Below, piece after piece: positions 8,912 to 18,976 of a stretch of DNA of 64,000 bases (positions within the stretch are counted from its first letter, which is position 1; each line of letters starts with the position of its first letter). A model generated the notes under the pieces. That model was not told the origin of the DNA and ran no database searches. It saw only the letters and a program-made list of their open reading frames with translations. This DNA is from an uncultured Acidobacteriota bacterium (GTDB taxonomy: Bacteria > Acidobacteriota > Vicinamibacteria > Marinacidobacterales > DATDRI01), in assembly GCA_963697355.1 (NCBI GenBank), contig CAVONV010000008.1, positions 206,764-270,763 on the forward strand, read 5' to 3'. Made by a program: the position numbers and the translations under genes.

Positions 8912-11445
8912 TTACTCGTAGTGCAACGCCAGATTCGGGTCAACGCGGGACGCTCGCCTGGCTGGGACGAACGCCGCCAGCGCGGCCGCGGCTGCGAGAC
9001 AAAGAACTGCCAGGCCGAGGATCGTCGGGTCGGCGAAGTGCACGCCATAGAGCTGGTCTCGGACGTAGTGCGCGAGGGCGATGGACACGGGCAGACCCAG
9101 GGCGAGACCAACGGCGAGCAACAGAAGCGCTTCGCGCAGGACCAGCCACACGACGTTCCGGCTAAGGGCCCCCAGCGCCAGGCGGACGCCGATTTCTCGC
9201 GTGCGCCCGGTGACGTTGTACGCCAGCACACCGTACAGGCCGATGGAGGCGAGCAGAGTGGCGAGCACTCCGAAGGCCGCGGAGAGGCCCGCGACCAACC
9301 GCTCGATGATCAGAGAATCGCTCACCCGCTGGTCCATGGTGCGGACACCATGAATGGGGAGGTTTGGGTCCATTGCCCGCACGCGTTCCCGAGCCAGGGC
9401 CACGGCCGCTTCCGGGGACTGGCTCGTGCGTAGATAGTAGGTCATGAAGCCCACGTTCGTGGCTGCCATGTATGGGATGAACATCTGTGCAGGAATCTCC
9501 TCACTGAGGCTAGCGTACTTGATATCCTCGACCACGCCCACAATTTCCATATCGGCGGGCGTGCCCGGGTCGTCGCCGAAGCCCACCCGGCGGCCGAGGG
9601 GGTTGGCGTCAGCTAAAAAGCGACGGGCGAACTTCTCGTTGACGATGACGACCCGCGGTACCAGGTCGTCAGCATCCTCACCGTGCCGGATCTGCTCGGT
9701 GTCCTGCTGGGTGAAGTCACGTCCGGCCAGCACCGTCACGCCCAGGGCTTCGAAGTAGCCCGGGCTCACCAAGTTCATGTGAGGCATGGCACTGTCTCCC
9801 GGTGCGGGCACGTAGCCCTCGACGGTCACCGAAGTGTTCCAGTAGCCGTCCTGGAGGATCGGGATGGCCGCCAGGCCCGCGGCGCTCACGCCGGGCAGCG
9901 CTCGAAGCTCCTCGGTGAGCCGCTTGTGAAAGGCCTTGCTCTGCTCGACGGTGTACCCGCCCAGTGACGGATCCACATTGAAGGCCAGCAGGCTTTCGGT
10001 GAGAAATCCCGGTCCCAGCCCGCGCAGGTTCACCAGACTACGGACGAACAGCCCTGCGCCCACGAGCAGTAGCAGTGAGAGCGAGACCTGGGCGACCACA
10101 AGTGCCCGCCGGAACCGGGACTGGCGCAGGCCCCCGGCCAGGGCGCCCGCTTGGTCCTTGAGGGTCAATGCGACGCGGTCCCGGGCTGACTGGACCGCCG
10201 GCACCAAGCCGAAGACGATAGCTGTCAGCCCAGCAACCGCAGCGGTGAAGCCGAGGGTGCGAAGGTCGGGGACAGGGGACAGCTCGAGGGCGGCGATGTC
10301 GGGCGGCATCACCCCGAAGACGAGCCGGTTGGTCGCATAGGCTAGGGCCACGCCGAGGGTGGCGCCAATCCAGGCCAGCACCAGGCTCTCCGTCAGAAGC
10401 AGTCGCACGATCCGGCCTCTGCTGGCGCCGAGGGCGAGGCGCATGGTGATCTCTTTGCTGCGGGCCGCCGCCTTGGCGAGCAGCAGGTTTGCCACGTTGG
10501 CACAGGCGATGAGGAGCACGCCCGCGGTGAGACACATGAGCAGTAGCAGCGGCATCTCGAGCTGACGGCGGAGGTACGAGCGCCCGCGACTGCCGGGCAG
10601 GACGTCGAGGACGGTGCGCAGATGCGCCTCGCGGTCCTCGGCCGAGGCCTTGGCGAACTCGGCCTGCTCGACCTCCATTTCGAGAACGCTCTTGAAGTAC
10701 GGCTGCAGGGACGCCTCAGCTTGGGCACGGCTCACGCCGGGCTTGAGCCGTCCGAAGGCGTTGACGAACCGCGTGCGCCGATCGTCAAGGGCGTCCCATA
10801 GCGGCGTCATCTGCGCCTTCATCGTCATCGGCACGAAGATCTGCGGGACGAATTCCAGCTCCATGCCCCGGAAGCCCGCTGACGCCACCCCGACGATGGT
10901 CAGGTTGTGGCCGTTCACCACGACGGTCTTACCCAGCACGGACGGGTCGCCGGCGAAGCGCGATCGCCAGTAGTCGTGGCTCAGTACGACAACCGGGTGC
11001 CCACCAGGGATCTCATCCTCCTCGGACGTGAACGTGCGCCCGAGGGTTGCCCCCACGCCCAGGACCGGGAAGTACGTGCCGGACACGAGCTCGGCCGCGA
11101 CCCGTTCCGTCCGACCGCCAAAGCCGAGGCCCACGCGGGTGGGGAAGCGGCACAACATGCCGCTGAAGACCTGGTTGTACTCGCTCAGGTCCTCATAGAG
11201 CGGATAGGAGATGGCGTCGCCGCCCCCCAGGTGCTGCCGTAGAACCGGCCCTCGGTCTTGACGAGCGCGATTTCCTCCGGTTTCTCGACGGGGAGTCGGC
11301 GCAGAAGGGCCTGGTTCAACAGAGTGAACATCGCTGTGTTGGCACCGATGCCTAGGGCGAGGGAGATGACGGCCACCGCCGTGAAGATCTTGGACTTGGC
11401 GAGTCCTCGAAGGGTCGAGCGCAGATCTTTTACGAAGTTTTCCAT
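8912..11445 (-). CDS. ADOP-type duplicated ABC permease (MacB/FtsX), one frameshift at about 11225
   Basis: N-terminus SLALGIGANTAMF lies in ORF 11185-11835; the rest (LLIACANVANLLL, REIGVRLALGA) is in ORF 8912-11158. The shift falls at a G6 run. Confidence 0.85.
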
Positions 11446-11766
11446 ACCCCTTTTGACGTCACCGGTGACAAAGCGGTTACCCGAAGCGTTCGCTTTTTTA
11501 CTGAAAATGATCTTCGAATAAGAAGTGATTGAGAGAAAACGTGAGAATCGTAAGCAACTGGTGGGCGTGAACCGGGGCAGGCGGCAGTACTGGCCTGCCA
11601 GTTCGGCGACGGGTTCGGCAATATCCTGGTTCCCACGCAAGCCGTGATCGTAGGGGCCCTGGCCATGGCGGCCATCCCCTACGACCGTTGGCTGCACGAA
11701 GGGCCCTGCAGGACTCGTATGCCTAATTTCGTCAATGTGCGGGTAAGCGAGTCTCGTCATGATGCC

Positions 11767-11878
11767 CTGCAAGCAGGTGACTTGGTGCACATCGTCACCT
11801 GTGCTAGATTCGCCGCCAATAACCGGTTTCGGCAAATCGAATGGGTTTTGGGAAACCCCACCTACGGGTCGCTACTTG
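11767..11878 (+). repeat. Dispersed repeat core, copy 2
   Basis: ctgcaagc-aggtgac...gtcacct-gtgctagattcgcc...gggttttgggaaaccc. Confidence 0.8.
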
Positions 11879-12275
11879 ATACAGCGCGCGCTGACAGGAC
11901 ATTTCCGCGAGGCTCTGCTTGCACTGGAAAAGGACGTCGAGCGCGTTACTATCGCGGACCTCATGAAGGACTGATGTCAATGGCATGAGGAGAGAAAAAC
12001 ATCTATATTCGTATCCGTGTTAGTTAGAGATTCCGGATAAGCCAACAGAGTTTACGGCACGTTTCTGGATCCCAAGCCAAACCAAACGCTCTTGGTGACT
12101 ATTTCAACATTCAGCTTGGCTACGTGGTCGAGATGGTCACGCAGATCGGATTCAAGCTGCTGCGCAGCTAGGCGACCGGACCAAATTCATGAAACGGTGA
12201 GATTTCCTTCGAGTGCTCGGCACGTTGCCGCTTGTTTAGGCCGCGTGATCGATGCCGGGACAAAGAGAAAAGGGC

Positions 12276-13076
12276 ATGCGAAGCGCAGAAGATCGAACAT
12301 CGAGTAGTGGACGATTGCCCATCATCTTTGCAGCGCACGGCGCGCCCGTCCTGCTCGACGACTCCAAATGGTTGGGGGAGTTGCATTCGTGGGCACGGGC
12401 GATGCCGAAGCCCAAAAGCATCCTCATGGTATCGGCTCACTGGGAAGCACACCCAACCACCATTGGGGCGACTAGGACGGTGCCGCTCGTCTACGACTTC
12501 TCTGGTTTCCCGAAGCATTATTATCAGACCCAATACCCAGCCCCTGGTGCACCTGGGCTCGCCGCCCTTGTGCGCGGTCTGCTTCGGCGGAGCAACATCA
12601 GCGTCACCGATGATCCAACGCGCGGCCTGGATCATGGTGCCTACGTGCCGCTTGTAGCCATGTATCCCGATGCGGACGTTCCGGTTCTCCAAGTCTCGAT
12701 GCCAGGCCTCGACGCTCAAAGGCTGTTCAAGCTCGGTAGAGTCTTGGCACCCCTCCGTGAGGAAGGAGTGCTCATCTTCGGGAGTGGTTTCCTGACGCAT
12801 AACATGAGATTCGCGTTCCAGCCCGGCATCCCAACGTGGGCGCGCGAGTTCGACCGCTGGGCGGCAGACGCTCTACTTCGCCTCGATGTGGACGCACTGG
12901 TCGACTTCCAAGCGCGCGCACCGGCGGTCGAGATGGCGCTTCCGACCTGGGAGCACTACGCGCCGATTCTCGTGGCAGCGGGCGCGGTGGCGGAGCAGCA
13001 ACCACGAGTTACGTTCCCGATTACCGGCTGGTGGATGGACGGGCCGTTTACGAAAAGGTCCGTGCAGTTCGACTAG
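12276..13076 (+). CDS. DODA/LigB-type extradiol ring-cleavage dioxygenase
   Basis: HGAP, SAHW, RGLDHG, GSGFLTHN and PTWEHY motifs. Confidence 0.9.
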   Translation: MRSAEDRTSSSGRLPIIFAAHGAPVLLDDSKWLGELHSWARAMPKPKSILMVSAHWEAHPTTIGATRTVPLVYDFSGFPKHYYQTQYPAPGAPGLAALVRGLLRRSNISVTDDPTRGLDHGAYVPLVAMYPDADVPVLQVSMPGLDAQRLFKLGRVLAPLREEGVLIFGSGFLTHNMRFAFQPGIPTWAREFDRWAADALLRLDVDALVDFQARAPAVEMALPTWEHYAPILVAAGAVAEQQPRVTFPITGWWMDGPFTKRSVQFD

Positions 13077-13239
13077 CAGAACCTCAACACCGTTACGGAG
13101 CGAGACCGCGGAGGCCCTATTCTCGTATCGCCGAGGCGACAACCCGAGAGTGGCCGCCGCAGAGGCGAGATTGAGGTGTCCTGACCACCCACTTGGGCGG
13201 GTTCGATGTTACTCGCAGACGAAAACCGGGGGGACCAGA

Positions 13240-13482
13240 ATGAGCAACAAGCTCGAGCGGAACAAAGCTAGTGCGTGGGCGTTTTACGATCTGATGTTCC
13301 ATCAGTGCAGGCCGCGCGAGGCCATCGAGGAGTACGCGGGCGAAGGGTATATCCAACACAACCTTCACGTGGCGGATGGCAAGGAAGCGTTCATCGAGTA
13401 CTTCGAACACATGGCCGTCGAGTACCCAGGAAAGAAGACGCACTTCAAACGAACGATCGCGGAAGGCAACTATTATGATTGA
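13240..13482 (+). pseudogene. SnoaL/NTF2-like protein, truncated
   Basis: NK...FYDLMF...YIQHN.HVADGKEAFIEYF; stops after IAEGNY. Confidence 0.7.
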
Positions 13483-15301
13483 AACCACGAGAGCTGCCAG
13501 AATACTCTTCCCCTTAGTCTGTCTTCTCCTCGTGTCATGCGCGCAAGGCCCGCAAAACCAAATAGAGAGCAGCGGATCAGGCGCAGAATATTCCCGCCTG
13601 GTTCAAGGACGGCAAGTTTGGAATGTTCATTCATTGGGGGCCCTATTCCGTACTCGGGGGGGAATGGAAAGGACATCGAATCGAACAGGGGGATATAGCG
13701 GAGTGGATCATGTATCGGTTCCAAATCCCCGTGGAGGAATACCGGACGATCGCGGCCACGTTCAATCCGACCGGTTTCGATGCCCGGGAATGGGTGTCAC
13801 TGGCCAAGAAAACCGGGATGAAATACATCATCATTACATCCAAACATCATGACGGCTTCGCCATGTATGATTCAGGGGTCAGCGATTACAATATCGTGGA
13901 CTACACTCCCTTCAAACGTGATCCCCTGCGAGAGCTGTCGGAAGCCTGTGCCGAGGCCGGTATCAAGTTCGGCGTCTACTATTCCCATCGCGAGGATTGG
14001 GAGCATCCTTACGCCTATGGGAATTTCTGGGATTTCGATTCATCCCAAACCAATCTGGACACAATGGATCATCCGGAGCTGTTTCGCCGATACCTCGACG
14101 AGAAGGCCATCCCCCAGTTAAAGGAATTGTTGACCGAATACGGTCCTCTGGGGGTCGTCTGGTTCGACCGGGGCATGTACACGCAGGAACAGGGACAGGG
14201 AATTTGTCGATCTGGTTCACAACTTGCAGCCGGGTATCTCTGGTCAACGGCCGGGTTGGCCACTACGACAAAGAGCTCCTAGGTGATTACCAGAGCATGA
14301 CCGATAACGGCATGCCGATCGGGGGCATCGAGGAATACTGGGAAACCCCGCAGACCTTGAACGAGACCTGGGGCTACAGTCAGTTCGACAACAACTGGAA
14401 GACTCCCGACGAAGTGATCAGACGCATGGTCACCATCGTGAGTAAAGGCGGCAATTACCTGTTGAACGTCGGCCCGACAGGCGAGGGGATTATCCCGGCT
14501 CCCTCGGTCAGAGATACTGAATGCGGTCGGAGATTGGATGCAGAAAAACTCGGAAAGCATCTATGGAACATCGCCGTCTCCGTTTCCCAACGAGCTGCCC
14601 TGGGGATACTGCACGCGAAAGGGCAGCCGACTGTTCTTGCATGTTTTCGACTGGCCCGAGAATGGACAGCTGAGTCTAAGTGGGCTGAACAACAAAATCG
14701 AAAAAGCCTATTCGCTCTTTTGGATCCGGAAGAGGCACTCACCGTGGACCGGGATGAAGCCGGCGGCATCATGATCGGTCTGCCCGCAGAGCCGCCGGAT
14801 GGCATTAACTCGGTTTTTGTTCTCGAAATCGAGGGAGATCCCGATATTGACCCCTATGTTGTGGAACAGCACGAAGATGGGTCGGTCCTCCTGGACTACC
14901 TGTCTGCCTCCACATCCGGAAACGCGCAGAAACGATTCAACAGGCGAGGAGAGTCCGGACATTTTCATATCTCGAAGATGCAGACACCTGAGGACTCCGT
15001 GGAGTGGCATGTCCAGATGAACACACCGGGAACCTATCACGTCGACATCACCTATGCCGCCAGACCGGGATGGGAAAACGCTCACTACATCTTTGAGATG
15101 GGTCAGGAACGGATCGAGGGTACGGTTGAATCCACGGAAGGATGGTACGAATACAAAACCGAAAGGATTGGCCAACTCGACGTGAAAAAAGCCGGCCGGA
15201 CCGTGGTTAAAATCTATCCTAAAGACCCCCTGGATCATTACCTGATGTATTTCAATAAAATCGAATTGAAGCCGGCCGAGCTTGCCCAAACGAAAGATTA
15301 G
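13475..15301 (+). pseudogene. GH29 alpha-L-fucosidase with C-terminal CBM-like domain, several frameshifts
   Basis: MFIHWG, TSKHHDGF, WFD and GGNYLLNVGP motifs spread over ORFs 13376, 13623, 13997 and 14538. Confidence 0.85.
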
Positions 15302-15332
15302 GAGCGGAACAAGCGTTATAGGAAACCATTTG

Positions 15333-15495
15333 TGAGCTCAGAGAGAGTCGTACCGTCTCCGGCTGAGTAGGTTATACCTCCGCCGCACGAGGGAGGCGTT
15401 CGTGCATTCGGGCATCAATCGCTTTGGTTCGTTTTTTCCGTCGCGCTAGTATTTCTCGCCTCGCTCGCGGCCGGATTCTCTCAGGAGGCCGGGAC
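15333..15495 (+). repeat. Orphan copy of the leader and signal-peptide region of the M28 peptidase gene
   Basis: Aligns with about 18907-19065 (gagctcagagag...gagggagg...gcggccggattctc.cagga). Confidence 0.8.
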
Positions 15496-15550
15496 GGCCG
15501 GGATCGTACAGACACAACGTGCAAATTTTTTCATCCGGACCGAGAATTCC

Positions 15551-15580
15551 TGCTATAGTGTGAATTTCGAGCCAAGGAGG
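15551..15580 (+). promoter_or_regulatory. Putative extended -10 element and RBS of the cytochrome genes
   Basis: TGCTATAGT at 15551 and AGGAGG at 15575, before ATG 15586. Confidence 0.45.
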
Positions 15581-15585
15581 CACAT

Positions 15586-16050
15586 ATGGTTCTCAAAGAT
15601 AAAGGTTCTAATCTTTGTCATGGCGACGTTGCTGGCCGTGTCCGGTGCGGGGTTGGCGAACGCCCAGGAGGATGAAGGGGTGGTGAGCTATCGGCAGAAG
15701 CTCATGGACGCTCTGAGAATCGAGCATGGGAAGTATCGGTGACATGCTCAAGTTCAAGCTCCCTTACGACAGCAAGCACGTAGCCACACACGCCAATCAC
15801 GTCAGCAACATCGGTAGGCTGATCGGAGACGCCTTCGAGAAGGAGATCACCGCCGAGCTCGGCCTCCAAGCCCGAGATCTGGCAGGAATGGGACAAATTC
15901 ATTGCCGCCGCCGACGCGTTGACCAAAGCCGGGGCCGAGCTGGCCAAGGCCGCCGAGGGGGGAAGCGGCGGAGCCGCTTTGATGGGCCCGGTCAGGGCGG
16001 TGGGCGATGCCTGTAAAGGTTGTCACGATCCTTACCGCAAGCCTCAATAG
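15586..16050 (+). pseudogene. Class II cytochrome c (c'/c556), frameshifted
   Basis: Signal peptide, YRQKLM, KPEIWQEWDKF and C-terminal CKGCHDPYR split over several frames. Confidence 0.75.
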
Positions 16051-16062
16051 CGGTTTCGTGTC

Positions 16063-16959
16063 GTGGACAAAGGCGCCATGAAATACTGGTCGCTCGGAGT
16101 CGCATGTTTGCTCGTAGGGTGCTCTGCGGCTTCTGCCTCGGAGCAGGATGATTCAGCCGTCGAACGCGGGAAGTACGTCTTTCGTGCTTCCGGAGGTTGC
16201 TCGTGTCACACGGACATAGCGACGGGCGGCAAGCCCATGGCAGGTGGACGGGCGATCGAGACACCCTTCGGCACGATCTACGGGTCCAACATCACACCGG
16301 ATCCCGAGACGGGCATCGGAAAATGGAGCGATGAAGACTTCATTACGGCCATGACCGAAGGCAAGGGTCCCGACGGTACCGTCTACTATCCGGTGTTTCC
16401 TTACGCGTCTTTTACCAAAATGACCGAAACGGATCTTCGCGATCTGAAGGCTTACCTTTTCTCGATCCCGCCGGTCAAAAAACAAAACAAGCCGCCCGAG
16501 ATGAGCTTTCCGTTCAACGTCCGGACCGGCATTCACGCGTGGCGGGCGCTTTATTTCGACGCCGGAACTTACGTGCCCGACCCGGAACAATCCGAGGAGT
16601 GGAACCGCGGCGCTTACTTGTCGACCGCGTTGGCGCATTGTGGCGAGTGCCACACGCCGAGGACGTCCACGGGCGGTCTCGACGGTGACATGCACTACGC
16701 CGGCTCGGTCGAGGGACCGGAAGGGGAGTTGGCTCCCAACATCACACCCGACGATTCCACAGGGATAGGGAAGTGGAGCGTAACCGATATCACATGGTAC
16801 CTGCAGACCGGATTCCGACCCGATGGGAATGACGCGCAAGGTTTGATGCGGGAGCTCATCGACGAAGGCTACGTCCATCTCAACGAATCCGATTTGAAAG
16901 CGATAGCCGTTTACTTGAAGTCGTTGCCTCCTATCGTAAACCGGGTAGAGCGTCCGTAA
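16063..16959 (+). CDS. Diheme c-type cytochrome (gluconate-dehydrogenase cytochrome-like)
   Basis: TPFGTIYGSNITPD, YYPVFPY and HCGECHTPR; first haem motif is CSCH. Confidence 0.85.
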   Translation: MDKGAMKYWSLGVACLLVGCSAASASEQDDSAVERGKYVFRASGGCSCHTDIATGGKPMAGGRAIETPFGTIYGSNITPDPETGIGKWSDEDFITAMTEGKGPDGTVYYPVFPYASFTKMTETDLRDLKAYLFSIPPVKKQNKPPEMSFPFNVRTGIHAWRALYFDAGTYVPDPEQSEEWNRGAYLSTALAHCGECHTPRTSTGGLDGDMHYAGSVEGPEGELAPNITPDDSTGIGKWSVTDITWYLQTGFRPDGNDAQGLMRELIDEGYVHLNESDLKAIAVYLKSLPPIVNRVERP

Positions 16960-17621
16960 GTCCCGCTACGCCGAAATCGCTTTTTGTCCTCGTCAGACTA
17001 CCTCGCGAAGCACAGCAGGCTCTGGTCGTTGCGAGTTGAACGGAAGAGCGCCGCAACGTTGTTGATGCTCCACGTCTTGGAAATATGGGTCTCATCCTTT
17101 CTTTACAGTAATATTCTGGAAGATCGGACCGTCGGTAGTTCCTGAGCAACGACTCGAGATACTGGGGGGCTAGAGCGCTCTCATCGTCATCCCGAGACTC
17201 GAAGATGACTTTCCGAGCTTCCTCCCACGGAATAGGCTTGACCGCGCCTGACTCAATGTGAACATTCGAATCCAAATTCGGGGGCTCGTGAGAGCGCAGC
17301 CACGGAATCTTGCACGCGGTCCGGGCAGATCCTACTTGTACTCCATTGACTGAGTATCGTTGCAGACCTTGTACCCCATGGCCCGATATCCCCGGGCGCG
17401 ATGTTCGAACATTCGCGCAAGCCACAGCGCGAACATCGTGGCCCGTCTGGCCATGGGGTGAGCATGGAACAGTTTTTTCGTGCCCGACGAGGAGTGCGTC
17501 CGTCAAATGTAGCGCATGATTGAGCATCTGCGCGTCAAGGGATATCAGATGTAGAGCTGCCATCAACGTGGACAGAAGGTAAATCGTGAGCTACGATCAC
17601 CACTCGTGAAAGGAGCGTTGT

Positions 17622-18494
17622 ATGTTGATTGCAATTCCCTCTGACACCACCGACGGCCTTGACGCTGCCATCTCGGAGCACTTCGGCCACTGTGCCGTTT
17701 TCACCCTGGTCACCGTCGACGATGACGTCATCGGAGAGGTTTCTGTTCTCGAAAACTCGGGGCACGAAGAGGGTGGCTGTATGACCCCTGTGACACTGCT
17801 CAAGGAGCGCGGTGTCGAGGTTCTCCTCGCCGGCGGCATGGGCGGGCGGCCCCTCGCCGGCTTCCAACAGGTCGGTATCGAAGTTCACTACAAAGAAGAC
17901 TCCGGCACGGTCAGGGAAGCGGTCGAGCTCTTTGTCTCCGGCGGTTGCCGCGCATTCGGCGAGGCACAGACCTGCAGCGGCGGAGAAGGCGGTTGCGGTG
18001 GGCACGAACATCACCACCACCACGAGCCGGAGACGGTGCCCATCGTTGGCAAAACCGACATTCGCGAAGGCCGGATGGTCACGATCGAGTACGAGCTCAA
18101 AGATGCCGACGGCGCCATGCTGAACAACTCCGCCGTGGACGGCCCGATGCGTTTCATCTTTGGGAAGGGCCAGATTTTGCCGGCGATAGAAAAGGCACTG
18201 ACCGGGCTGGAACCGGATGCTCACGTGGTCACGGAGGTTCCGGCCGCCGAAGGATTCGGAGAGCGGGATGAAACCCGCATCGTCGAGGTCCCCAGGTCAC
18301 AGCTTCCACCTGACGTAGCAGTCGGCGCCATGGTTTCGGCTCAGGACCCACAGGGCCGGCGAACCCCCTTGATCGTCATTCACGTGGACAAAGACGTGGC
18401 TCGTCTTGACGGCAACCATCCACTTGCTGGCAAGGACCTGGTTTTCGAAATGACCGTGAAAAAGGTCGAGGGCATCAAGGGAGTTGAGAGTTAA
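17622..18494 (+). CDS. NifB/NifX-family domain fused to a SlyD-type FKBP peptidyl-prolyl isomerase
   Basis: HFGHC and GGMGGRP (NifX-like), a Cys/His linker, then DGNHPLAGKDLVF (SlyD); AGGAG RBS. Confidence 0.85.
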   Translation: MLIAIPSDTTDGLDAAISEHFGHCAVFTLVTVDDDVIGEVSVLENSGHEEGGCMTPVTLLKERGVEVLLAGGMGGRPLAGFQQVGIEVHYKEDSGTVREAVELFVSGGCRAFGEAQTCSGGEGGCGGHEHHHHHEPETVPIVGKTDIREGRMVTIEYELKDADGAMLNNSAVDGPMRFIFGKGQILPAIEKALTGLEPDAHVVTEVPAAEGFGERDETRIVEVPRSQLPPDVAVGAMVSAQDPQGRRTPLIVIHVDKDVARLDGNHPLAGKDLVFEMTVKKVEGIKGVES

Positions 18495-18599
18495 CCCTCA
18501 CTCGAAATATATACGACCTTGAGCTACGGTCGATTTGTCTGAAACTCGCGTGCTGTGAGAGGGCATTGCCCGCCACGTCCGTTTCCTCTTCTGATCCCC

Positions 18600-18700
18600 A
18601 AAGTACTGAACGAGGGACGGGATGTCCTCGCGACGTAGCCGGATTGGAAATTCACACAACAGTCGAGGCAGATACTTCTCCGACAGCGCTCCAAACACTC
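18600..18700 (-). pseudogene. Possible IS1595-family transposase C-terminal relic
   Basis: LSEKYLPRLLCEF..RLRR resembles S.KYL.RYL.EF..RFNRR. Confidence 0.35.
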
Positions 18701-18976
18701 TCGGCGGGTTGAAGCCGGCCGACCGCGGCAGATGAGCCCGAAAACGCCGGCTGATTGGATTCTTTCTTCCTCTCTAAAAACCCCATCGCAAAACGCCCCG
18801 TTCCGCCACCGGCAGACGCGACGGTCTCGGTCCTCGCGCTCGCCCAAACGAGAAACCAGGGCGCGGGATCGCCCCCCAGAGGGTGATCGCTAGATGGAAC
18901 CATGTTCGAGCTCAGAGAGCGTCGTACCCTATCCGGCTGCGTGGGTTATACTGCCGCCGGACGAGGGAGGTATTTC

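Noticed and set aside
11870-11974. Possible Rrf2 regulator C-terminal remnant
   Set aside because: Too short to support a call.
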